Assembly (NCBI GenBank): GCA_963663275.1
Contig: OY760183.1
Coordinates: 1,472,001 to 1,536,000 of the forward strand
DNA length: 64,000 bases
Reading direction: 5' to 3'
From: Chloroflexota bacterium
GTDB lineage: Bacteria; Chloroflexota; UBA11872; VXOZ01
The notes beneath the pieces were generated by a model. That model saw only the letters and a program-made list of their open reading frames with translations, did no database searches and was not told the origin of the DNA. Of the stretch, positions 1 to 8,838 are shown one piece after another. The position numbers were made by a program, and so were the translations under genes. How positions within the stretch are numbered: position 1 is the first letter of the stretch; each line of letters opens with the position of its first letter.

Positions 1-4
1 TCCG

Positions 5-1342
5 TTGGTAGAGGGATCGCGCGCCTCGTGGCGCATCGCGCCGGAACCGTTCCTCATCACGCCCGCAAGCCATGAAAAGCTGCGCCAACTGGGTGAGCGG
101 TTGCTGGCGTTCTATAGCGCGGCGAACCGCCTCTACAAGCGCAGCCTGCGCGGCACGATCCCCGCCTTCTTCCACGAATATCTCGACATCGGCAAGAGCG
201 AAACCGTCATCGACTACGGTCGCATGAACCGCTTCCGGCGCGACCTGCCGGGGGTGATCCGGCCCGACCTCCTGCTGACGTCCGACGGCGTGAAGGCCGC
301 CGAACTCGATTCCGTTCCCGGCGGCATCGGCCTGACCGGCAGCATGCAGCAGCACTACGGCAGCCTGGGTTTCAGCATGGTCGGCGGCGCGAACGGCATG
401 GTGGAAGGCTTCGGCGCGATGATCCGCGGCTTTGCCGGCAAGGACGACCCGCAGTTGGCGATTGCCGTTTCCGATGAATCCACCGACTACCGTCCCGAAA
501 TGCAGTGGGTCTCCGAGCAGTTGCGCGCGCTGGGCATGAGCAGCGGGTGCGCCAAGCCGGAAGAGATCGTGCTGCGCGAGGACGGTTTGCTGCTCGACGG
601 CCGGCCCATCGACACGCTCTACCGCTTCTTCGAACTCTTCGACCTGAAGAACATCCCGAATTACGACCTGCTCCTCCACGCCGCGCGCAAGCAACTGGTC
701 GCCATGACCCCGCCGGTGAAGGCGTACCTGGAGGAAAAACTGCTCTTCGCTCTCTTCCATCACCCTGTGCTGGCGGAGCACTGGCGGCAGGAGATGGGCG
801 CAAAGACCGTCGCCGCCTTGCGGAAGGTGATACCGCAGACGTGGATTCTCGATCCGCGCCCCTTGCCGCCGCAGGCGGTGGTGCCGGGACTGGAAATCGC
901 CAAACGGCCGGTAACGGACTGGAGCCAACTCAAGGGTTTGGGCCAGGCGGACCGGCGTCTCGTCATCAAGCCTTCCGGCTACGCGGCCACGGCCTGGGGC
1001 AGCCGGGGCGTTACCATCGGCCACGACCGGCCTGAAACGGAATGGGACGCCGCCGTGGAATCCGCGCTCGAGGCTTTCACCACCACACCCCACGTCCTGC
1101 AAAAATTCCACCACGGTAAACGCTACGCCACGCGCTACTACGACTTTGCGCGGGATTCCGTGCGCAAGATGAACGGCCGCGTGCGCTTCAGCCCATACTA
1201 CTTCGTGGTGAATGACGAGACGAGACTTGCCGGCGTCCTGGTCACAATCGTGCCGGCTGACAAGAAACTCATCCACGGCATGGTGGACGCGGTAATGGTA
1301 CCCGCCGCCATTAGCGACGATGGCGTGGATCTCGACCTATGA
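5..1342 (+). CDS. ATP-grasp-type amide ligase (glutathionylspermidine synthase / circularly permuted ATP-grasp-like); probably 5'-truncated by the window edge
   Basis: Motifs RPDLLL...AELDSVPGG, LYRFFELFD, VIKPSG...WGSRGV and LQKF resemble GSP-synthase/CP-ATP-grasp proteins; strong GC3 bias; the frame is open from the window start. Confidence 0.55.
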   Translation: MVEGSRASWRIAPEPFLITPASHEKLRQLGERLLAFYSAANRLYKRSLRGTIPAFFHEYLDIGKSETVIDYGRMNRFRRDLPGVIRPDLLLTSDGVKAAELDSVPGGIGLTGSMQQHYGSLGFSMVGGANGMVEGFGAMIRGFAGKDDPQLAIAVSDESTDYRPEMQWVSEQLRALGMSSGCAKPEEIVLREDGLLLDGRPIDTLYRFFELFDLKNIPNYDLLLHAARKQLVAMTPPVKAYLEEKLLFALFHHPVLAEHWRQEMGAKTVAALRKVIPQTWILDPRPLPPQAVVPGLEIAKRPVTDWSQLKGLGQADRRLVIKPSGYAATAWGSRGVTIGHDRPETEWDAAVESALEAFTTTPHVLQKFHHGKRYATRYYDFARDSVRKMNGRVRFSPYYFVVNDETRLAGVLVTIVPADKKLIHGMVDAVMVPAAISDDGVDLDL

Positions 1343-1396
1343 GTCACTCGTACCCCTTCGCCCTCATTCAGGCGCGTAATCGAATTCCAATCTTAT

Positions 1397-1538
1397 CCCC
1401 TCTCCCTGAGGGAGAGCGTTAGGATGAGGGCTAGGATACCAGTCCTGTCCCCTCTCCCTGAGGGAGAGGGCTAGGGTGAGGGTGAAACAACAAAACTGGA
1501 CCTGGAGAACGCCGGTAGCGTCGGTTTGCAACCTGCGC
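1397..1538. repeat. REP cluster: two family-A (CCCTCACCC...CCCTCTCCC/GGGAGAGGG) copies and one degenerate family-C copy
   Basis: cccctctccctgagggagag(c/g)g(t/c)tagg(a/g)tgaggg twice; gtagcgtcggtttgcaacctgcg. Confidence 0.8.
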
Positions 1539-1575
1539 GTAACCTGCGGGGGATTCGTAAGAAAAAGGAACGGGA

Positions 1576-2754
1576 ATGGCATTACCACAACCGCAAGTAA
1601 AGCGACAGAAGGAAGAGTGGCAGGAACTCCTGGCGGCGGGCATCAACCGGCCGGAGAAGCTCATCGACGATCTGGGCGAACGCCTGGGCCTGGACGCTGA
1701 GACGGCGGCCAGCCTGCACAAGAACTTCCCGGTGCGCATCAACCCCTACTACCTCGGCTTGATCGAGGAGGTCAACGATCCCATCTGGCGGCAGGCCATT
1801 CCCGACGAGATGGAACTGGACCACAGCGACTCCCTGACCACCATGGATCCCCTGGCCGAGGACATGGACGCGCCGGTGCCCTATCTGACGCACCGCTATC
1901 CGGACCGGGTGTTGATGGTGGTGCAGTTGCAGTGCGCCATGTACTGCCGCTTCTGCACGCGCCGCCGCGAGGTGGGCAGCCGCAACGCCGTGCGCCAGGC
2001 AGACTGGGACCGCCAGATCGAGTACATCGCCACCCACCCGGAAGTCCGCGACGTGATCATCTCCGGCGGCGACCCGTTCATGCTGCTCGACCACCAGATC
2101 GAATACATTCTGAAGGGCTTGCGCGCCATTCCGCACATGGAGATCATCCGCCTGGATTCCCGCATGCCGGTCACCTTGCCCCACCGCATTACGGACAACC
2201 TCTGCGAAATCATGCAACGCTACCATCCGGTCTATCTGAACACGCACTTCAACCACCCGCGCGAGATTACGCCGGAATCCACCCGCGCCTGCGAACGCAT
2301 GGCCGACTACGGCATTCCCCTGGGCAACCAGAGCGTGCTTCTGCGCGGCGTGAACGACGACCCGGAGGTGATGAAGGAACTGGTGCAGAAACTGCTGACG
2401 ATTCGGGTCAAGCCCTACTACCTCTACCAGGCGGACCTGGTCACCGGCACCAGCCACTTCCGCACCGCCGTGGAGAAGGGCCTGGAGATCATCAAGGCGA
2501 TCCAGGGCCACACCAGCGGCATGGCCGTGCCCCACTTCGTCATCGACGCCCCCCAGGGCGGCGGCAAGATCCCGGTGACGCCGGACTTCATCCAGGAGAT
2601 CACCGACGACGAGATCGTGCTGAGGAACTACGAGGGCAAGGTCTACCGCTACCCGATCGACGCCGAAGTGGCGAACGCCCGGGAAGCAGAACTGTCGGAG
2701 GCGCAGACGAACGGCAGGAGCAACGGCGCGGCCGGCGCTGCAAGTGACGTGTAG
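1576..2754 (+). CDS. kamA: KamA-family radical SAM enzyme, lysine 2,3-aminomutase-like
   Basis: HRYPDRVL, CAMYCRFC (CxxxCxxC), SGGDP, THFNHP, NQSVLL, PLP lysine in GGGKIP; both Asp residues typical of lysine (not glutamate) aminomutases are present (YQAD, VIDAP). Confidence 0.85.
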   Translation: MALPQPQVKRQKEEWQELLAAGINRPEKLIDDLGERLGLDAETAASLHKNFPVRINPYYLGLIEEVNDPIWRQAIPDEMELDHSDSLTTMDPLAEDMDAPVPYLTHRYPDRVLMVVQLQCAMYCRFCTRRREVGSRNAVRQADWDRQIEYIATHPEVRDVIISGGDPFMLLDHQIEYILKGLRAIPHMEIIRLDSRMPVTLPHRITDNLCEIMQRYHPVYLNTHFNHPREITPESTRACERMADYGIPLGNQSVLLRGVNDDPEVMKELVQKLLTIRVKPYYLYQADLVTGTSHFRTAVEKGLEIIKAIQGHTSGMAVPHFVIDAPQGGGKIPVTPDFIQEITDDEIVLRNYEGKVYRYPIDAEVANAREAELSEAQTNGRSNGAAGAASDV

Positions 2755-2859
2755 CGGTGGTAGCACAGCGCAGCGGTGCTTGCAGTAGCGCGGCGGCAGT
2801 TTAGATAGTGTAGCGGCGGTTGCATTTGCGAAAGTGCGGGGCGCGCGTGGCAAAGTCTT

Positions 2860-2961
2860 GTCATTCCGAACGGAGCGTAGCGAAGTGAGTAATCCAGGGC
2901 GCTGAGCTCAATGGGCTGCGTAGGGCACTCACCCTAGATTCCTCGCTGCGCTCGGAATGAC
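2860..2961. repeat. Family-E REP pair (GTCATTCCG...CGGAATGAC), free-standing
   Basis: gtcattccgaacggagcgtagcg...gattcctcgctgcgctcggaatgac; the same family is carried inside the MITEs at 5359, 33504 and 49183. Confidence 0.8.
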
Positions 2962-3145
2962 AGTTTGAAAACAAGCCGGATCGTGAAGACCGCGATTGAG
3001 AAGTGCCCCTCGGAGACCTGTCCGCAACGCTGGCAAGAGCGCGTGATTAGGTCGGGACGTTGAAGATTTCCCCTCACCCCGGGCCTCTCCCCAGGGAGAG
3101 GGAGGTTTTTCGCCTGCCGGCGCGGGTTGCGCCAGGGGTTCACTC

Positions 3146-4207
3146 GTGAACGCTGTCTTAAAAGAGGCCGCTCCGCTGCGCATTGCCGCCGTCGGTTTGG
3201 AACACGACGAAATCTACCGTGTGCTCGACCGGCTGCGGGGCCATGATGCCGCCACGCTCGCGGCAATTGCCGAACGGAGCGGGCGGCTGCGCATGGCGGC
3301 GGCGGGGCGCTACCGCGTGCCGGTCTTTCCGCGCCTGGCACGGCTGCTGGCGGAAACGGCCGTGGACGCCGTGCTGGTGGCGACGCCCAACGGCGAGAAG
3401 GCGGCGATCATTGCAGAAGCCCTGCGCGCCGGCAAGCACGTAATCGCCCACGCGCCGCTGGCGATTACTCCGGCGCAGCTTGACGAGGTGGCGGAAGCGC
3501 AGGCGGCGTCGGGCGGCGGTGTGGTCTTGCTGCTGCCGTTGCGCTTTACGTCGGCCTACGCGGACCTGCGGGCGGCGCTGGCGCGGGGGGCGCTGGGCGA
3601 GATTACGCAGGCGGTAATCATCAACTCGCAGCAGGTCGTGGCTACGCCCCGCACCCAGGCCTTCTTTGCGACGAAGACTCACGGCGGCATTCTCACGAAC
3701 CTCGCCGTGCACGACCTGGACGCGCTGCGGTGGCTGGGCGGAGACCTGACCGTGACGTACGCCGCCACGCGCCGCATGGGCAAGACCGATTACGCGGACT
3801 TCGAGGACGCGGGAATGGCGCGCGCCCGGCTGGCCGGCGGCGGCGAGGGTGTGGTGGTGTGCAACTGGCTCGCGCCGGCGGCGGCTGTGCCTTTTCACGA
3901 ACTCAACATAATTGGCACGGAGGGCACGGCCTGGATCAGCGGCGGCAAACTCCAGCTTTGGGGCGAAGCGCCGCCGGAAATCCCGCCCGACGGCGCGGGC
4001 CGCGCGGGGTACACCGCGCTGGGGCGTCCTCTGGCACCGACCGTTGCCGGACACGCTGATAACGAGGCTACCGCCGCCATGCTCGACGCCGCGCTCACGA
4101 CCCTTGGCGACGACGGTTTGCGGGCGGCGGCCACCGCCGATGCCCTGGAGACCACACGCGCGGCGGTGGACGCCCAAGCCATGGCGTGGCAGGAATGTTC
4201 TCCCTGA
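3146..4207 (+). CDS. Gfo/Idh/MocA family oxidoreductase
   Basis: VDAVLVATPN, ALRAGKHV, GGILTNLAVHDLD; the EKP motif has diverged to HAP. Confidence 0.8.
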   Translation: MNAVLKEAAPLRIAAVGLEHDEIYRVLDRLRGHDAATLAAIAERSGRLRMAAAGRYRVPVFPRLARLLAETAVDAVLVATPNGEKAAIIAEALRAGKHVIAHAPLAITPAQLDEVAEAQAASGGGVVLLLPLRFTSAYADLRAALARGALGEITQAVIINSQQVVATPRTQAFFATKTHGGILTNLAVHDLDALRWLGGDLTVTYAATRRMGKTDYADFEDAGMARARLAGGGEGVVVCNWLAPAAAVPFHELNIIGTEGTAWISGGKLQLWGEAPPEIPPDGAGRAGYTALGRPLAPTVAGHADNEATAAMLDAALTTLGDDGLRAAATADALETTRAAVDAQAMAWQECSP

Positions 4208-4262
4208 CGCGCGGTTCCGTATGCGCCGCGGCCGCCAACGGACATGGGGCACATTCATCCCC

Positions 4263-4302
4263 GCCGTGGTAGGGGCACGACATGTCGTGCCCCTACCACG
4301 GC
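4263..4302. repeat. Family-D GTAG REP forming a 40-bp perfect palindrome
   Basis: Core gtaggggcacgacatgtcgtgcccctac with palindromic flanks. Confidence 0.85.
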
Positions 4303-4331
4303 TACGGCGGCGGGGCGCATGGTAAACCCGG

Positions 4332-5240
4332 ATGGCGGCGCGAGAGGCGCGTGACGTGGACGATTCCGATTCCATAACGCCGGTGTTTCTTGCCGTCGGC
4401 CACGCCGTGCGGGACATTGCCCCCGGCGGCTGGCGCTGGGGCGGCACGGTCACTTACGCCGCGCTGCTGGCCCGCGCCTGGGGCCTGCCGGTTGCCGTGG
4501 TCACCTCCCTGGCGGCGGAAGACGTGCCCGCCTATCGTGCGCTGCTTGGCGACGGCGTGCTGCTGCACGCGGTCCCGGCGCCGGCCACGACGACGATGGA
4601 AAACACCTATACGGAGACGGGACGCGATCAGCGCCTGCACGCCAAAGCCACGCAGATCCTGCCGCGCCACGTGCCGACCGCCTGGCGGGGCGCCCGCGTC
4701 GCGCTCGTGGGGCCGGTCCTGCATGACGTCTCAACAAAATTCGCCGGGTTCTTTCCGGAAGAGTCGCTGGTCGGCTTGACGATTCAGGGCCGCCTGCGCG
4801 GTCACAACCGTGGACGCATCTACCGGCGGCTCTGGCCGCGCGCCGATCACGAGTTTCCGGCCTACGACGCGCTCTTCTTTTCGGATGAAGACGTGGGGTT
4901 CAGCGTGCCGCTGGCCGAGGCGTACGCGGAGTTGGCTCCTCTGGCGCTGGAAACCCTGGGAGACGAGGGCGCGCGGCTCTACGACACCGTCAAACGCAAG
5001 GTCTACGAACTCGACGCCGCTCCCGCGCGAGACGTGGATCCGACCGGCGCGGGCGACGTCTTCGCCGCGGCGTTTCTGATCACCTACGCCGCGAGCGGCG
5101 ACCCGATCGCCGCCGCCTACCATGCCAACGCCGCCGCCGCGTGCAGCATCGAGCGCGAGGGCGTGAACGGCATCCCCATCTGGGAGCAGGTAGTGGAGCG
5201 GCTGCGCTCCGCGCTTGAGCTAGACGGCCGGAGAGCGTAG
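4332..5240 (+). CDS. PfkB/ribokinase-family carbohydrate kinase
   Basis: N-terminal GGTVTYA; C-terminal DPTGAGDVF signature. Confidence 0.85.
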   Translation: MAAREARDVDDSDSITPVFLAVGHAVRDIAPGGWRWGGTVTYAALLARAWGLPVAVVTSLAAEDVPAYRALLGDGVLLHAVPAPATTTMENTYTETGRDQRLHAKATQILPRHVPTAWRGARVALVGPVLHDVSTKFAGFFPEESLVGLTIQGRLRGHNRGRIYRRLWPRADHEFPAYDALFFSDEDVGFSVPLAEAYAELAPLALETLGDEGARLYDTVKRKVYELDAAPARDVDPTGAGDVFAAAFLITYAASGDPIAAAYHANAAAACSIEREGVNGIPIWEQVVERLRSALELDGRRA

Positions 5241-5358
5241 CCGTACGCGCGGCGAGAGGCTGGTATAGAGTACGGGGGCAGGCTTGGCGGGTTACGCCTG
5301 ACTGGCTGGGCCTTGCTGTCTCCTTAACGGTTTCCCCTCACCCCGGCCCTCTCCCCAG

Positions 5359-5504
5359 CTGACAGAGGTAGGCATTCTACATCCGACTTCACGTGTCATT
5401 CCGAGCGGAGCGCAGCGGAGAGAGGAATCTAAGGCTTTCGCTGCAAAAACGTCGGTTCTAGATTCCTCGCTCCGCTCGGAATGACACGTGCCTACCCCTG
5501 TCAG
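5359..5504. mobile_element. MITE family 1 (CTGACAGGGGTA ends) inserted in a family-A REP, carrying a family-E REP pair
   Basis: TIRs ctgacagaggtaggca / tgcctacccctgtcag; 11-bp direct repeat cctctccccag at 5348-5358 and 5505-5515. Confidence 0.8.
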
Positions 5505-5608
5505 CCTCTCCCCAGGGAGAGGGAGCTTTGGGGCATGTCCCCGGGGTAAGAGTGCTGGGAGAGATCACTACAGGAGAGCGTTAGCGCCGGTGGTTGTCCT
5601 GCCGGGCG

Positions 5609-7018
5609 CTACCAGCGGCGTATGGGCTTTTCGCTATCCAGGAGATGCTGGAGCAGCATGTTCTCGTGCTGGAGCACCAGGTCGCGGGAGCCGGGGTCGC
5701 GGGCCAGGTTGCGCGTCTCCAGCGGGTCTTCCTCCATGTCGTAGAGTTCCTGGCCGTCCGGGGTGTTCCAAACGGCGTACTTGTAGCGGTTGGTGGTGAT
5801 CGACTTGCCGCGCACGACCTGGTTGTTGTCCTCGAACGCGCAGAGCGCGACGCCCGGCGCGTCGGCGGCGCCTTCCACCACCGGCTTCAGGCTGGCGGCC
5901 TGCATTTCTCCAGGGATCTCCACGCCCGCGTAGTCGAGGATGGTCGGCGCCACCTGGAAGGTCTCGATCACGCCGTCCACGTGCGGGACGCGGGGCATGT
6001 TAGCCGGCGGCGCGACGATGAAGGGCACGCGGGCGGAGCCTTCCCAGAAGGTGCCTTTGCCGCCGCGCGACCAGTCGCCCATGTGGTCGCCGTGGTCGCT
6101 GGTGAAGATGATGAGGGTGTTGTCCGCCTTGCCGCACTCGGCCAGCGTCTGGAAGAGGCGCTCCATCATGTCGTCGATGTAGGTGCAGAGGCCCCAGTAG
6201 AAGGCCGTGACCCGGCGGATGAGGCTGTCGTCCGGCAGTTTGGCGAAGCGGCCGCCGCCGTTCTGCAGGTGCTTGGGCTTGTCGCTGTCGTCCGCCAGGT
6301 AGGTGGGCGAAACGTCCACGTAATCCAGCGGGTACATGGTGTCATAAGGCTTGGGCGGGTCGAACGGCCCGTGAGGCCCGCAGATGCCGCACCAGGCGAA
6401 GAACGGCCGGTCGTGGTCGCGGGCCACGAACTCGCGGGTATTCTCGGTGATCCAGGTGTCGATGTACTCTTCCAGCGGCAGCACGTTGGAAATTGCGGTC
6501 ATGAATTGGCGGTAGTCGGGTTCGCGGCGCTGTTCGTAGATCAGTTCGTAGCCGCCGGGATGGACGGAATCCAGCCAGCGGGCGTAGACCGGGCCCAAGG
6601 GGCCGGGACCGAGCGGCGAGCCGTAGGACTGCGTCCAGCGCGCGCCTTTGCCGCCGGTGAGTTGGGTCTCGTTGAAGCCTTTGGGCGGCATCATGTGAAT
6701 CTTGCCGAACGCGGCGGTGACGTAGCCGGCGTCCTGCAACGCTTCCATGAAGGTGCGCTCCCAGGGCGGCAGGCCGGGCGTGCTGTCCACGGCCGCTTCC
6801 ATGTAGGTGACGCCGTGCTGGTGGGTGTAGCGGCCGGTCTGCAAACAGGCGCGCGCCGGGATGCACACCGGATTCTGGTTGTAGGCCTTGGCGAACAGCG
6901 TGCCTTTGGCCGCCAGCGCGTCCAACGTGGGCGTTTTGACCTTTTGGTTGCCGTAGCAGCCGAGGGTGTCCCAGCGCTGTTCGTCGGTGGTGATCAGGAT
7001 GATGTTCGGACGTTCCAT
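5609..7018 (-). CDS. Cys-type (formylglycine) sulfatase, cytoplasmic
   Basis: RPNIILITTDE, CIPAR (CxPxR), GKIH, PHGP, FTSDHG, KG; no signal peptide. Confidence 0.9.
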   Translation of the reverse strand: MERPNIILITTDEQRWDTLGCYGNQKVKTPTLDALAAKGTLFAKAYNQNPVCIPARACLQTGRYTHQHGVTYMEAAVDSTPGLPPWERTFMEALQDAGYVTAAFGKIHMMPPKGFNETQLTGGKGARWTQSYGSPLGPGPLGPVYARWLDSVHPGGYELIYEQRREPDYRQFMTAISNVLPLEEYIDTWITENTREFVARDHDRPFFAWCGICGPHGPFDPPKPYDTMYPLDYVDVSPTYLADDSDKPKHLQNGGGRFAKLPDDSLIRRVTAFYWGLCTYIDDMMERLFQTLAECGKADNTLIIFTSDHGDHMGDWSRGGKGTFWEGSARVPFIVAPPANMPRVPHVDGVIETFQVAPTILDYAGVEIPGEMQAASLKPVVEGAADAPGVALCAFEDNNQVVRGKSITTNRYKYAVWNTPDGQELYDMEEDPLETRNLARDPGSRDLVLQHENMLLQHLLDSEKPIRRW

Positions 7019-7183
7019 TGGCTCTTGCTCCCTTGTTTCTCTCTCATTGCGGGCACTGCCGTGTGCGCATTAGCGCGCTTGCCGGATGTGGCTTTGAGGA
7101 CTTGCGCGTTGTGTGACCATTGTAGCACTGCAAAGGGAGATGGAAGCGCGCCCCTGCGGTTGCGGGGCCGGTGGCGGAACGGA

Positions 7184-7245
7184 GCGGGGGACAAGCCCCC
7201 GCGCTACGGTGGTGGGACGGAGGCGGGGGACAAGCCCCCGCGCTA
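7184..7245. repeat. Two family-B GTAG REPs (GTAGCGCGGGGGCTTGTCCCCCGC)
   Basis: gcgggggacaagcccccgcgctac twice; further copies near 17199, 21263, 23776, 32682, 35062, 35329, 43721, 43924, 45665-45912 and 63906. Confidence 0.85.
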
Positions 7246-7262
7246 CGGTAGAGAGGATGGAA

Positions 7263-8111
7263 CTAGAGACCCACCTCGTTCGCGAGTTGCTTGGTGTATT
7301 GGAGGTCTCGCTTGACCTGGGCGAGCAGTTCCGTCTGGTTCATGTCTTTGAAGCTGTTCGCGCCCCGGTATTCGGCCTGGAACGAGGCGTAGCCGGTGTA
7401 GCCGATGCTCTTGAGGCAGCGGAAGGCGTCGGGGAAGGGCACGAATCCCTGGTCGAAAGGCACGACTTTGGTCCGCCAGCGCGCCGCGCCGGTGTCCGGG
7501 TCCTCTTCGCGAAACTGGGCGACGTTTTCCAGAGCGAGCATGTCGATGCGGTCCGCCAGCAGGTCGAGACCGTGCATCCAGCCGCCGAAACTGCCCTCGA
7601 TGCCCATGTGTCCCAAATCGGGATAGTAGCAGACGGCGGCGGGATCGAAGCCTTCCAGCAGCAGGGAGACGACGTGCGTCGTGGCGGAGAGCGTGGGGCC
7701 GTAGTGAGCGTGGATGCCGGCCTGAACGTTGTGCTTCAGGCAGAGCCGCTCGATGCCGCGCAACTGCGCGCGCACCGCGTCGATCTGGCGGCGCATTTCC
7801 CCAAAACCGGCGTAGCGGTAGTAGCCCAGCTTGAACTGCATGATGCCCAAGTCGGCGGCCGTGGCGAGGATTGCTTCGGCGTGGGGTGAACCGGCGCTTT
7901 CGATAGCCGTGGTCAGCCAGCCGATTGCCAGGCCCCGGCTGCGCATGGCGCGGGCCGCCTTGGGCAGATCGGTCTTCACCCGCTCCGGCAGGACGTGTCC
8001 GGGCGCGCGCACCGTCAGGTCAACGCCGTCCATGCCAAGTTCCGCCGCGGTGTCGGCAAGCTCTTCGTAGGAGAGGTTTTCCAGTGGCTTAGAGAGCAGC
8101 AGGCACTTCAT
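7263..8111 (-). CDS. Sugar phosphate isomerase/epimerase (xylose-isomerase-like TIM barrel)
   Basis: GMDGVDLTVR, YPDLGHM, GxGFVP, GYTGYASFQAEY. Confidence 0.75.
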   Translation of the reverse strand: MKCLLLSKPLENLSYEELADTAAELGMDGVDLTVRAPGHVLPERVKTDLPKAARAMRSRGLAIGWLTTAIESAGSPHAEAILATAADLGIMQFKLGYYRYAGFGEMRRQIDAVRAQLRGIERLCLKHNVQAGIHAHYGPTLSATTHVVSLLLEGFDPAAVCYYPDLGHMGIEGSFGGWMHGLDLLADRIDMLALENVAQFREEDPDTGAARWRTKVVPFDQGFVPFPDAFRCLKSIGYTGYASFQAEYRGANSFKDMNQTELLAQVKRDLQYTKQLANEVGL

Positions 8112-8280
8112 AATCTCTGGTCCTTCCCGTTCCGCTTCACGCCGCCCTTAAATGGTACTATCAGTGTGTCTCATTCCCATGGCAACACCGTAGCAGAGTG
8201 GCGCGTCGCGTGCATGAGTTCAGGTTTCGCGTTGAAGGCGGGCCGCTCGCGCGGCAGAGGATAGTCTCCGGAGTCAACCC

Positions 8281-8802
8281 GTGGTAGACCCCGCATTCGA
8301 GAAGTCCATCACGCTGCCTGCGCTCGGCGCGGTGCGCTTCCACTGCCTGCGCGCCGGGGACGCCGGCGTTCTCTACGCCTTCTTCCGCAGCCTGGGGCCC
8401 CAGACCCGCGCCTGGTTCCGGCCGCACACGCCGTGGACGCATGACGTGGCGCGCGACCTGGCGGCCGCCGCTGAAGGCCCGGACGTCATCCGCTTTCTCG
8501 CCCTTGTAGACGCCGGCGGCAAGGAAGTTCCGGCGGGCTATGGCTTCTTCGAGAACCTCCAGTCCGCCCGGCCGGTGCTCGGCATCGCGGTGGCCGACGC
8601 GTATCAGGAAGTGGGGCTTGGGCAGGCAATCATGCGGCATCTCAAGGCGGTTGCGCGGCAATTGGGCAAAAGGCGTATCATACTCACTGTGGACGGCGAC
8701 AACGCACGGGCGCGGCACGTCTACGAGAAGCAGGGCTTCAGACAGACGCGGCTGATCCCGGGGAGTTCCCACAACGCCCGCGAAATGGAGTGCATCCTGT
8801 AG
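8281..8802 (+). CDS. GNAT family N-acetyltransferase
   Basis: VADAYQEVGLG and NARARHVYEKQGF. Confidence 0.85.
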   Translation: MVDPAFEKSITLPALGAVRFHCLRAGDAGVLYAFFRSLGPQTRAWFRPHTPWTHDVARDLAAAAEGPDVIRFLALVDAGGKEVPAGYGFFENLQSARPVLGIAVADAYQEVGLGQAIMRHLKAVARQLGKRRIILTVDGDNARARHVYEKQGFRQTRLIPGSSHNAREMECIL

Positions 8803-8838
8803 CCGGCTTAGTTGTAACCGGAGGAGAAGAGCAATCCC

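Noticed and set aside
1364-1742. Short ORFs translating REP clusters (PHPNPLP, ARGLVP, LQTCAT peptides), here and at 15259-15667, 23789-24173, 35031-35513 and 45448-45787
   Set aside because: Translation artefacts of intergenic repeats
1576-2754. Glutamate 2,3-aminomutase or EpmB assignment
   Set aside because: The lysine-binding Asp residues are retained, and no efp/epmA is adjacent
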